DNA from: Rhodospirillales bacterium
GTDB lineage: Bacteria; Pseudomonadota; Alphaproteobacteria; Bin95
Reading direction: 5' to 3'
Length of the DNA: 24,855 bases
Assembly (NCBI GenBank): GCA_038143065.1
Contig: JAYQLI010000051.1
Location: 1-24,855 of the forward strand
The notes below the pieces were generated by a model. The model searched no databases. It was given only the letters and a program-made list of their open reading frames with translations, and was not told the origin of the DNA. A program made the translations under genes and the position numbers. Below are positions 10,784-21,209 of this stretch, piece after piece. Within the stretch, counting starts at the first letter, position 1. Every line of letters starts with the position of its first letter.

Positions 10784-11187
10784 ATGACACCTCGGAAATT
10801 CAAATACGAAGAAACTAGTTTCGGTGGTTTAAACTATTTAGTTGAGTGGACGGAACATGGTTTGGAAGTCCAAGCGACTACGGATTGCATACCCTTCCTC
10901 AAGGTATCGGATGTTATAGTCAGACCCTCTGATGAAAAATGGCAAAACTTTGAAGAAAGTGTGAGGTCTTTGTGCCTACTACCTAGTGAACCAGATGAGT
11001 GTATATGTGACGGGTCTCAGGTCGAATGCCATATCACTTTCCGAAACAAATTATTAAAATTTGATATCTCAAACCCTTCTTTTGATGGGTTCGATGAACT
11101 TAAGAATCTGATTAACCAACTAACCTTTTGTTCTGAATACCCGAAAGGTGTTTTTTTGACGAAGAGAATTATGAGGACGATGATTAG
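10784..11187 (+). CDS. Hypothetical acidic protein
   Basis: ORF 12 bp after EEP2. The likely true end is ...FDEENYEDDD-TAG at 11187 if the T8 run is an indel; the ORF track extends it to 11248. Confidence 0.55.
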
Positions 11188-11277
11188 CGGGTTACCTTCC
11201 GCATTTGTTATATTATTTCGACAGATGGGGTATCCACAGACACCCTAGACGTCGCTAATGAAACTTTGAGGAATGAC

Positions 11278-11545
11278 ATGAAAAAATATATTGCTCCCGC
11301 CAGAAGACAGCAAATACAACAAGAAAAAGACTATATTCGCAATCTTATGACTGCGGAGGTCGAAAGAACTCAAGATGATGCTTGCAGACCCTCCCGAAAC
11401 TGACGATTTCGGAAACCATTACGATGGCAGTCGTGACCATGTCTTCTTGTGTTTCGCTAACAATTGCTTCACAGAAAAACTGTCTTTTGAGTGGCATGAG
11501 TGCCTTGGGATCATGCGCCAAGTTGCTGCTGAATTAGGAATTTGA
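11278..11545 (+). CDS. Possible small hypothetical protein (one frameshift)
   Basis: GAGGA before ATG 11278; two joinable frames ending ...QVAAELGI-TGA; no motif. Confidence 0.35.
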
Positions 11546-11791
11546 AGAACGGAACATTCCAGAAGGTTACTTCAACAACTTCTCAAAAATATCCCACCGA
11601 TTGCGGTAGTCCTCAATTGACCAATCGATATATGAAGTGTTCGGGGTATTGCCACCGTCCTTACATCACTATCCTTCCCATAGCGGCTAGATATAAGCCC
11701 TTCAGGGGCATCGTAGAGAGGCTTATTGTGTCCGTCGGTCATTTGGCGTAGGCCGGAAAGTGGGTTAGCATAAATATTAAGGGGCGCTTTG

Positions 11792-12157
11792 ATGAGCTTT
11801 TATTTATTTCTAATTGCAGCGGCGATATGCTTTCTGAGTGCAGGAGTGCATGGCATATGGGGCAGAGGCGTGTATTTGGGCTTTATTGCAAAGACCAATT
11901 TACCGTCTCGAGAAAAGACCATCAGTGCAGTTTCTTGGGACGTTTTTACGATTATGTTGCTGGTTAGCGGCGGCTCACTGGGCTTCGTCGCCTTTAACGC
12001 CCACGCAATTTGGATGGCCTATCCGATAATGCTGATAAACCTCATGGGCGCAGGGGTGTTTTTTGCGATGATGGCCATGGGCCGTAAAGAACTTATTGCA
12101 CTACCAGGCGCATACCTGATGTCCGCTATCGGGGTTCTGACGCTCTTCGCTATTTGA
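11792..12157 (+). CDS. Small membrane protein (about 4 TM), paralog of 1069..1437
   Basis: Intact ORF; about 45 of 121 residues identical to the paralog by hand count. Confidence 0.85.
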   Translation: MSFYLFLIAAAICFLSAGVHGIWGRGVYLGFIAKTNLPSREKTISAVSWDVFTIMLLVSGGSLGFVAFNAHAIWMAYPIMLINLMGAGVFFAMMAMGRKELIALPGAYLMSAIGVLTLFAI

Positions 12158-12272
12158 AATTTACTTGCCTTGTTTGGGTAACAAATATTCGCAGCTAAGA
12201 ACCACAAAGGCTGTTGAGCCCATTCTTCCACATATCCCCCACTATGAAACACCACTATTTTTAATCGCCATA

Positions 12273-12322
12273 TGGCAGGGGCTATTTATATATATGAATG
12301 CAGGGTGTTTTTTTTGGGGGGG
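12273..12322. repeat. Conserved element-end motif, copy 2
   Basis: Near-identical to 8989..9035. Confidence 0.9.
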
Positions 12323-12384
12323 TAATAGAAGACACGCCAGAAAGGCAATTGTCTCGGCTTGGACACCTTGAATGTCAAGAATTG

Positions 12385-12405
12385 GGTAGACCATATGGTA
12401 GACCA
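12385..12405. repeat. Putative arm-binding repeat pair, type C, left (ggtagacca-tat-ggtagacca)
   Basis: Perfect 9-mers at 12-bp period, 65 bp before the tRNA-Leu fragment. Confidence 0.72.
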
Positions 12406-12425
12406 AAATTGCACAAACATCAGAA

Positions 12426-12454
12426 TTGACAATATTATAATAAAGTCATATTAT
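12426..12454 (+). promoter_or_regulatory. Near-consensus sigma70 promoter facing the tRNA-Leu fragment
   Basis: TTGACA-17 bp-TATTAT. Confidence 0.55.
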
Positions 12455-12470
12455 GTAATGATATCAGTTA

Positions 12471-12526
12471 CTTCAGGTGCTAGTACTCGCAAGGGTGTGG
12501 AAGTTCGAGTCTTCTCCTGGGCACCA
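12471..12526 (+). mobile_element. att-type fragment: 3' 56 bp of tRNA-Leu(CAG)
   Basis: CTTCAGGTGCTAGT anticodon loop and 3' stem, long variable arm ACTCGCAAGGGT, T-arm GAAGTTCGAGTCTTC, end GGGCACCA; no D-arm or 5' acceptor strand upstream. Confidence 0.9.
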
Positions 12527-12613
12527 TTTTCAACTTTTAAACACCGTGTTTCTCGGTCCAAGCCATTGATCTTCAAGCACATCTGTTTGAGGCGCTGAGA
12601 TCATGGTTTCTAT

Positions 12614-12634
12614 GATAGACCAGTCGGCAGACCA
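12614..12634. repeat. Putative arm-binding repeat pair, type C, right (gatagacca-gtc-ggcagacca)
   Basis: Same 12-bp period, orientation and following aaat as 12385..12405. Confidence 0.65.
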
Positions 12635-12642
12635 AAATGCGA

Positions 12643-12915
12643 TTATGAGATCAAGAAAACCAAAATGCATGAAATGGCGATTAGCCATAGCAGAAAGCCA
12701 TATCGCAAAAAGGCTGGGGCAAGCTTCAGTTCCATAAACTGATAGCCGATAACCCAAATTTTGACACAGGCCGTCAAAAAAATTGCCGTGGTGGTGCCGT
12801 CGGCGATTTTCTGCTCACCCTCGGCGAGCCACCAGGCCAACATGGTTACTGCAATTAGCACGAACCATGCCCATGTCATCAAACTTAATCCGATAATTTG
12901 CTTTGAATGGTTCAT
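12643..12915 (-). CDS. Cytochrome c oxidase subunit IV-like small membrane protein
   Basis: About 3 TM with KIWVIGYQFMELKLAP motif; directly follows the subunit III-like gene. Confidence 0.8.
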   Translation of the reverse strand: MNHSKQIIGLSLMTWAWFVLIAVTMLAWWLAEGEQKIADGTTTAIFLTACVKIWVIGYQFMELKLAPAFLRYGFLLWLIAISCILVFLIS

Positions 12916-12920
12916 AGAAA

Positions 12921-13484
12921 TTACACCAGATAGAACAGGGCAAACAACATGATCCACAGCAAATCGACCAAGTGCCAAAAAATGGCCCCACTTTCCAGCC
13001 CGCGCTGTGTTTCCAGGGTGAACGGGGCTTGCGATTTCTTGTGCAGGAAGCTGAGTATGACAATGCCGACAAAAACATGAATGGCGTGAATGGCTGTAAA
13101 CACAAAGAAATACATATAAAAATCATTGGTCATCGGGGTCAGCCCGTCAGAGACCTTGGTGTTCCATTCAAACAGTTTATTCATGAGAAATATGACCCGG
13201 ATAAGATCGCAAGTCGAAACCAGATGCGATTATCCCCGGCCATCGTTTAGTCGATAACGTTCAACGCCGATCGCCACGAAAAAAGAGCCGGTGAGCAGAA
13301 GGGAGCGTATTTACGAGGCCGAACCTCAAATCAAGCGTGCTGCGCGCGGTTGAAAACACGTCTCCTGTTCCTGATTGCCGATGGCAATCAGAATGAAGAA
13401 CAGAGAAAAGACCATTAGGTCCCCTGTCAAATGCCCAGATACCAGGTTCGGTATCCGGGTTTGCGTTTGGCTTTTCTCACTCAC
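12921..13484 (-). CDS. Cytochrome c oxidase subunit III / NorE-like protein (frameshifted)
   Basis: EPGIW N-terminal motif, FYMYFFVFTAIHAIHV and FWHLVDLLWIMLFALFYL. Confidence 0.88.
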
Positions 13485-13507
13485 AGGATGAACAGCCTCT
13501 ATAAGCT

Positions 13508-14235
13508 CTAGCTATTTTCGTCATGAGCGATCTTGATCATCACCCAGGACATAATGACTATCCATGCAAAAAAAGCGATGAATGGCAGGTACATGGCAAC
13601 AATACCATGCCAGGAAAACGGCCCATCCTTGAAGAATATGACCATTTGGCCAGTGCAAAGAGCAAAGCCGCCCATAAGTTTACATAAGCCACCCAACGCG
13701 GAAATGGCTCTCTCCCGGCTCGGAGAAAAGATAGGTAGAGCTATTAGCACGCACCAGCCGCCAAACAGGGGCACGGAGAAAACCGCCAAAAAGTATGCAA
13801 AATCAGCCCACATGAGCAATATTGATGGCGCGTAAGTGTCCGGTCGGAACACCATTAGCGACCAGGCAAAGGCCACCAACAAAGCGATGGTAGTGCCACC
13901 TGCGGTAAATACAAGCTGGGTGTAGAAAGCACTGGGCTTGTTTCGAAGCGCCGAGTTTGAGCTGCAATACCGGCGCCGAATGTGCCGAAAAGGGCAAAAG
14001 AGGCGACCATAAAAATCGAGCCTACACGCATAGCCGAGCAGGTTTTCATTGACCTTTGCGACGACCTCAGCAGGTGAGCGTCACTGGCATTCAGTAGTGG
14101 CGGCAACATGCCCCCCAACCAAACGCCGCCTATAATAAACAGAATAACTGCCGCATATCCGGTGTAGCCGCAAAATGCCAAGGATTTCCTCGACAGGCTA
14201 TCCTGCGCCAATATGTTGCTGGTTGTTTCACTCAT
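13508..14235 (-). CDS. Multi-pass membrane protein, unknown function (frameshifted)
   Basis: Joinable hydrophobic ORFs 13855..14235, 13803..13997 and 13508..13882; FFKDGPFSWHG motif; GGGAGG RBS. Confidence 0.75.
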
Positions 14236-14266
14236 TTTTTCCTCCCACAGTAAGAATGGTGATTTT

Positions 14267-15598
14267 CTAAAATTCCCGCGCCCGATGTCGGAGCGAATTC
14301 TTTGCCGCTCTTTCGCCGCTATGCACGGCAGCTTCTACTCGGCTTGGGAGAAATAATCTCCCGCCAGTTCCACGCCTTTCGGTAATAAGGAGTGCACCTT
14401 GTCGAGCATTTTGTAATGACCCGGCTTGGCTATGGTCAGCCCTTTTTTCGTAACGGAACAAATGAACAAAAGCTTTGGCTTTTGTGCCTGGCCAAAAGCG
14501 GCATTTACCTGTTTGACCGCTTCCTCTTTTATGTCGCCATCGCTCATATCTTTGAGTGGTGGCGTGTTGAAATAGACCCCAACCATTTGCGCCCCCTTTC
14601 GGGACTGACGCTGGCAGGCGCCGACCATGCAAAACCATAGCCGACATTGCGAACGCCACCTTCGCCGACCGGCAACACAATATCTGTTGGATAATCGGGC
14701 CACGGGTCCTCGTCATACCCCACGGCAACATGGGCGTATTCTGTGTAATGCGTGCTCATAAGCCGATGATAGGCATCCTCCGACATGCGCCTTCAAAAGC
14801 TCGGCAGCAATGAAGGCTTCCGTCGCAATCATAACGCTGTCGACCAGAATACTGCCGCCCGTGTAAGAGACTTCGCCACATTTGACCTTCTCGCGTCAAA
14901 CTTTCAACCGGAGTCGAGACATGGATCTTGTCGGAAGAAACATTGTCCAAAACCATTCATTGATTTGCCCGATGCCGCCCTCTGGCGATGACAAGGCGAT
15001 TTTGTGACCCTGCTTCATCAGTGCCTTGGGAAAGGGCGTCGATAGTTCGCGCAATGGCACGGCATAGAGAAAATCCATAATCGGGCGCATGACATATTCA
15101 AATGCCTTGTCGCCCAAGTTTGCGCGTGACCAATCTTCCAGATTTTCATCGCTGTCATATTTGGCAAGCTGCGATCCGTCGAACGGGTTGCGCGCGCTCG
15201 GCGTAAACAAGCAGTCGCAGTCCGGTACCAATTATGCGGAGTTTGTCACGCAGCCCTAGCGTCGGAAGTTTTAGGAAGCTGAAAAACGATCTAGCCGAAC
15301 GGGGTATCTGGATCGATCGTCATCCATAAGCTCAGATGCGCCGGCCCAGGGGCACCAATTGTTTTTTTCGTCCCATCTCTTGCTCAAGGCCATGGTGCGA
15401 GGGTAGATGCCCCATGAGAAATAGAGCGCCAGTTCCCAAATTGTAACCGTCATCTCGATGGAGCTGTTTTGTGCGCCCGCCAACCTTTTCGCGCCTCGAA
15501 AAGTTCAAAATCAATTTTGTTTTTCTGCAAAGGTATAGCCGCTGCGCAAGTGCAGGCTCGCCTCGATTATTGCCACTTCATACTCAAGTTCCGTCCAT
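14267..15598 (-). CDS. FAD-dependent oxidoreductase, flavin amine oxidase / protoporphyrinogen oxidase-like (heavily frameshifted)
   Basis: N-terminal VAII...REKVGGRT...GTGALFL, PEGGIGQIN, and C-terminal LAGDYFS...VEAAVHSGERAA. Start approximate. Confidence 0.78.
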
Positions 15599-16249
15599 AG
15601 TTTTTCTTTGTTTGTAACGCTCCAGCAACTGCAGTTGACGGAGAAAAACTGCAATATTCACGGTCGCTGGGCCGGTAAGCTTCATTTGTTTGCGCCGCCA
15701 TTTGTCCGCCACCAATAATGATATAGGCAGCAACTTCAGGTCTAAATTTATGATAGCTCGCCGCCTGTTTGGCCGTCCTTGATGATTTCACTAAACAAAT
15801 TTGCCACTCTTTTTTGCAAGTCTTCATAAAGCGGCCAAAGTGGCATTCTCAAAAGCTGTGCTCCAATCCAGCCAAATTTTTCATGATTGCCGTGTCTTGC
15901 TCGACAGTGTTCAAAAAAGGCTCGCGCCACATTTAGTATTTTATCAGACGCCAGCCCATCTTCAGCGGCGGCGTTCCAAACAATTTTGTTATACGCGCAT
16001 CGACCGTTTTCAATACTGCCTCCGTCAAGCTCTCCCTCGTGTCGAAATATGCATAAACAGTGGGAACAGAAACACCGGCCTTGAGAGCAACATGCATGAG
16101 CGCCGTGTGCCTTCAATGCCGTGATTTACATAAATTCCAATAGCACAATTGATGAGGTGTTCGCGTCGTTTTTCTGGCGAAAGTTTAGGAGCCCTTTTGG
16201 GCCGAGTTGCAATTTTTAGGCTTGTTGGCTCACAATGACTTTGTTTCAT
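15590..16249 (-). CDS. TetR/AcrR family regulator (frameshifted; 3' end approximate)
   Basis: LSPEKRREHLINCAI...HGI followed, after a shift, by the HTH KAGVSVPTVYAYF. Confidence 0.82.
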
Positions 16250-16328
16250 TACGTTATACTGATATTATTATCACTGAGAAAATTCATTACAACCAGAATT
16301 TTCGCTCATGCTAGTTTTGGAGGGAAGG

Positions 16329-17325
16329 ATGCTCGAGGTTCTAGATTCTGAAAAGCAGTCACGCCGGTGGGTTGAGGAAAAAATAAAGTCCTTTGACCCG
16401 AGACTGAGTATGCAGAAATTGTGTCGCTTATGGCGCAGTATCAATTAGATGAATTTACGCTCAATTTTTTGGTCACCATACTGACCAGCTATACTCTTAA
16501 GCCGTCTCATATGGCAGAGACCCTTTGGATAACAAACAAAGGATTGCGTCGGCCCAATCAACGAATGCAAGACACTCTCGATTTTTTTTGACGGCGACAT
16601 GGCCCTGACTCAGAGGAGACCAAAAAATCTCTCTCGAGATTGAACAAATTATTCAGGTCGCCCGCATGTTGCCGGACATTTTTGAGAAATGGCGATGATT
16701 TCATATGTGCTTGGTCGGTTATTTGTGCTGCAAGATCGATTGCTCAAGGATCTAAACATGGTGGGCATGGATCCTCATATAAAGTTGGCGCTGTTCAATT
16801 TCGCCAGAGCATTGTCCAAACATTTTCGAACTGAGGGCAATAAGCCGGTTAAAGGATTTCAAAATATGCCGGAAGCGCTTGAGGCATTTGTCGATGACTG
16901 GAAAGCAAAAATCACGGTTATTCGCCTGTGAGTCACGACATAGTGAACTCTTTTGTCCACGCTTTATGACAGATGGTTCCCTCATCCATTTAAGCCCTTA
17001 GCAGGTGGTCTGCATCGAGGCACTTGGAGGAATAGTTTTCTAGAACACGTCCGCATTAAACCTCTGAGTGGTATTCGTAAACTGCTGGCGCGCGGCGCTC
17101 TCAAAAGCCTGTTTTTCTATAAAACAAGAATTGCTCCAGATAGAAACATCGGCCAGAAGAGCGGGTGTTATTGAGCAAAAAGGAATGCGCAGATGGATGA
17201 GCGTGCCGTCGAACGCGAACAAAGTTTGGCTGGACGAAGGGCGGGAAGGATCTCCGTGGGCTTGGGGGATGACCGCTTTGGTCGGAAATTGCCCGCCGCG
17301 AGCTATACGCAAACATCGACCGTGA
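16329..17325 (+). CDS. Probable MpaB/DUF2236-like (ER-bound oxygenase family) protein (frameshifted)
   Basis: Read by hand: RRWVEEKIKS.DPETEYAEIV...KGLRRPNQRMQDTLDFF...GPDSEETKKSLSRLN; RBS AGGGAAGG; divergent from TetR. Family call from remembered pattern only. Confidence 0.55.
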
Positions 17326-17478
17326 GGTCAAACGCCCAGTTTCAAACTAATTTGCGCCTTACTGGACTACGGGCGGGGTCAAATCGCAATTTTGCAAGAA
17401 TCAGCTTGATTACTCCACCGCCAAATCAGCCATTGGCGCTTCGCCCGCACCGCCACCCATCGGGGTCTAATATCACTT

Positions 17479-18843
17479 TCACAACGGTATGGTGGTCGAC
17501 GCACCGACCGGTGAAGCGGTCAAAAGGTCGTGCAGCTTTTCAACGATGTCCGGTCGCTGCGATGCGAGATTGCGACTTTCCGTTTCGTCTTGGACAATAT
17601 CATAAAGCTGCAGCTCGCCATTATTACGTGCGATGAGCTTCCACCGCCCGCTGAAGAATGCCTTGCCATCCATGCCCATCGTCACGAAATCTGAAGGCAC
17701 GATCTCCCTTTCTTCAGTCAAAGCTGACCACATACTCTTGCCACTGGTCAATTGACCGGTTTTGGCACTGCCGGTCGCCGCTTCCATCAGGGTCGCCAAT
17801 AAATCGGTGACGCAGGCGACCGTCAGTTCGTTTCTGTTAATTTGCTCGGCCAATTAATGATGGCGGGGACACGAATGCCGCCCTCTAGAACTGAGCTTTG
17901 CCGCCGCGCAATGGGCCATTATTGTCGGCAGCGCCATCAAACATATTGGTGCGTATGAATTCCAGAAACCGGCCGGAATAGGAATGCCGAACAGGCTCTC
18001 CATACCAACAATGAGACGATAGGCAAAATTCGGTAGCAAACGATCTCAGTCAGGCCGCCATTATCGCTCATAAAAAAGATAAGCGTGTCGTCGCGTATAC
18101 CCTGCGCGTCAAGCTCGTCCATCAATTTGCCGATGGCAGCATCCATTTCACTGACCATAGCGGCATGAACCTGCCGCTTTTCCGGCAAGCAATATGAGCA
18201 TATTGAGCCAGTGCTTCTGCCGGTGCCTCATTGGGCAAATGCAGGGCATAAGAGCAAGATACAGGAAGAGCGGCTTTTCCTTATTGCGATTGCGGACGAC
18301 ACGAACAGCTTCAGCAGCGAGCAATTGCGTTGTATAGCCTTCATCGCGCTGTTATGCCGTCGCGCTGCCAGTCATAATGTCCGCCATGCACATGGTCCCA
18401 AGCCGACGCCGCCGGTCAAATGGCCATAAAAACCGTCAAATCCTCGCGCATTCGGCAAATGAGCTTGCGCGGCCCCAATGCCATTTGCCAGCTAATGTAG
18501 CTTCTGATAGCCATGCTGTTTCAAAAATTCCGGCAATAATTTCCAGACCAGCGGCAAGCCATTTGGATTGAGTTTGAATAGGCCGCGCGTCACGCCAAGG
18601 CGCGCAAGCGCAGATTACCCGGTCACAATGAAGCGCGGTTGGACTGCAAGTCGGGTGGGCGTAAAAGTGCGTTAAACGTTTTCCGGTCGCGGCCAGCCTA
18701 TCGAGATGCGGAGTTTTGATTTCACTGCCATTAAATCCGACATCGCGCCAACCCAAATCATCGGCCAAAATGACGATGATATTCGGCTTGGCAAGTGCCG
18801 GACTTGCCGATAAGGCAATCAGAAAAATTAATATAAACCGCAT
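17479..18843 (-). CDS. Arylsulfatase (formylglycine-dependent sulfatase) with signal peptide, frameshifted
   Basis: [25 protein letters not shown](R), GKWH, SDNGG and [10 protein letters not shown]. Confidence 0.92.
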
Positions 18844-18881
18844 GATAAATGCCTCTCTTTGATTTAAAGGAAAGTTAATTT

Positions 18882-18922
18882 TTGACAGTTTGTCAATTAA
18901 TTAATTGACACTTTGTCAATTA
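18882..18922. promoter_or_regulatory. Two tandem palindromic operators TTGACA-N3-TGTCAA
   Basis: ttgacagtttgtcaa (18882..18896) and taattgacactttgtcaatta (18902..18922) between the divergent sulfatase and tetR genes. Confidence 0.8.
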
Positions 18923-18939
18923 CGACTTCTAATTGAGTT

Positions 18940-19587
18940 ATGGAAAAAGCCCTCGCAAAATTATCCGTCCAGGCAAAAGCCAACAAAAGGCGAGAAAGCC
19001 GTTACGTCCTTAATGGATGCTGCCCTCGCCTTGCTCGGCGCGAACCAATCGAGTGAATTGACCCCTGGCCTGATTTGCCAGCAAGCGGGCATGAGACGGC
19101 CCAGCTTCTATACTTATTTCAACTCGGTCGATGAGCTTTTGGATAGTTTGTGCGCCCGCGAAGTCGACAGTCTTGAGGCGGCGTATCTGAGCCATCATGC
19201 CGATACTGACAGTCCCTTTAACGCGGATTGTGCGAATACCGCTTTATATTTACGCCCGCGCGCAGCACGAAAGAGGCTGGTTTAAGGCCGTCAGTCATTC
19301 CGTGACATGGAACAGAGAGCAGCGCGAAAAGCGACTGACGCATTTGCGCGCCGATGTGAGGGCGGCTATGGCTTCCGGCCAATTGAAAATCGAGCGATGG
19401 TCAAATAGATGGATTTATTTTTCTCTATATGGCGGCCATCTCGCTGCTGGTCGATAGCCGAAATGAGCGGGCGGTCGCAGACGGGCCGTCGACCGAAGCC
19501 CTCGAATTGCTTTTCAAAGGCTCCGGTGCGGATATGGAAACGGTTGAACGCTTGCTGGCTGCCCCGCTTGAGGAGCTTCTAGAATGA
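18940..19587 (+). CDS. TetR/AcrR family regulator (frameshifted)
   Basis: LMDAALALL...ICQQAGMRRPSFYTYFNSVDELL HTH; the likely stop overlaps the next ATG (ATGA at 19584-19587). Confidence 0.88.
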
Positions 19588-21200
19588 GTGATGTCATTAT
19601 CGTCGGCGGCGGCCCAAGCGGCATGATGGCTGCCTTACTTTTGGCCAAGCACGGCCTGACCAGCCATATTGTCGAGCGGCGCGAAACGATTTTGCAGGCT
19701 CCGCGCGCCCATGCGGTAAACGGCAAAACCATAGAAGTTTGCAGTTCGGCGGGCATTGCGGCAGATGAGATATATGCCGCAGGCATGCCGCCATCGCGCG
19801 GGGCATGGTCAATTTCTGGTCGACCCTTTCGGGCACTTATTTGGGCGGACTGCCTTATGAGCGCCAAGACGCGGCCGTGCTTGATCTAGTGTCATACGGG
19901 CTGGTCAACATTTCGCAGCCGCAATTTGAAGCCATATTGGCGCGCCATGTCGAGGCCAATGACATGATTACCCTGTCGCGCGGCGTAACGGCGGGGGAAC
20001 TTGTCGAAAATGATGATGGCATTACAGCTGGCAATTGAAGGCGCTGATACGAACCGGCTTCAGGCCGATTATTTGATTGCGGCTGATGGTGCCGGGTCCA
20101 GTCTGCGCCGTCAAATGGGCATCGAAATGGAAGGGCCGGACGCGCTTCAGCATTTCATCACAGTTCATTTTCACGCCGATTTATCGGAGCTTATCGGTGA
20201 CAAGCCGGGGATTTTGCATTGGATTATGGAGCCGTCCGCCAGCGGCACCCTGATTTCTTATGATGACGGTCAAAATTGGGTTTTGATGCATGGCTGTCCG
20301 CCCGGCCAGGAAGACCCGAAACTCTATGATGAGGCGCGTTGTATGGCTTTGATTAACGCAGCACTCGGCCGCGATGATATTGAGGTCGCGATGAAAAATG
20401 TAAGCCCGTGGGTGATGACAGCGCAAGTCGCTGCCCGTTACCGTCACGGGCGCGCTTTTTTACTGGGCGATGCGGCACATCGTTTTCCGCCGGCCGGTGG
20501 ACTTGGGCTCAATACAGGCATGGGGGACGCAATAAAACCTCGCCTGAAATTCTGGCCATGGTCAAAAACGGCATGCCGATGACTGCTTGCTCGACATGGT
20601 AGTGAGCGCAAGGCCGTGGCCGAAACCAATAGCGCGCAAAGTATGGAAAACGCCATGCGCATGTTTGAATTGATTGGTTTTTTGCTAGGGCCTGAACCGG
20701 AAAATATGCAAGCGCATTTCGATGAGATTTGTTCTAATGCCGCCAATTCCCCTGAACTGGCCGCCGCAATAGCCGCGCAAAAACCCCATTTTGACAGCCT
20801 ACGCCTGCAGGTCGGCTATAGCTATGGCAACCATGATGATACGGGCTTGGACATTGACGATTACCGTCCACTTTTCCGCATTGGCGATAGTGTGCCGCAC
20901 CACAGGATAGCAATAAATGGCACTGATATTTCGCTCACCGAATATCTGCAGGGGACGCAATTTACCCTTTTGGTCAGCCGACATCATCAGCCCCCAAAAG
21001 GCGAAATCGCGCAATTAAGAATATTGCATGACGGCACGGATTTCACCGGTGATTGGTCGGCCGGACTTGCGGAATATGATGCGGATTTGGCCGCACTGAT
21101 GGTACGCCCTGACGGGCATATTGCGGCGCATTTCCACGCTGCTGATTTATCGCAAGATAATGTTGCGCAGGCATTAGAGAAAAATTTGCGAGGGGCATAG
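19584..21200 (+). CDS. FAD-dependent aromatic monooxygenase, PheA/TfdB-like (frameshifted)
   Basis: VGGGPSG, PRAH, AADGAGS, LGDAAHRFPPAGGLGLNTG and C-terminal VRPDGHIA. Confidence 0.9.
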
Positions 21201-21209
21201 GAGGGAATT

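Noticed and set aside
12471-12526. Functional tRNA-Leu gene
   Set aside because: No 5' acceptor strand, D-arm or 5' anticodon stem upstream.
12359-12598. 79-aa ORF
   Set aside because: It runs through the arm repeats and tRNA-Leu fragment; likely spurious.
12643-13484. Functional cytochrome c oxidase or nitric oxide reductase operon
   Set aside because: Catalytic subunits are absent from the window.
17193-17636. 147-aa plus-strand ORF and many similar short antisense ORFs in the track
   Set aside because: They overlap better-supported genes, have no motifs and show shadow-ORF composition.
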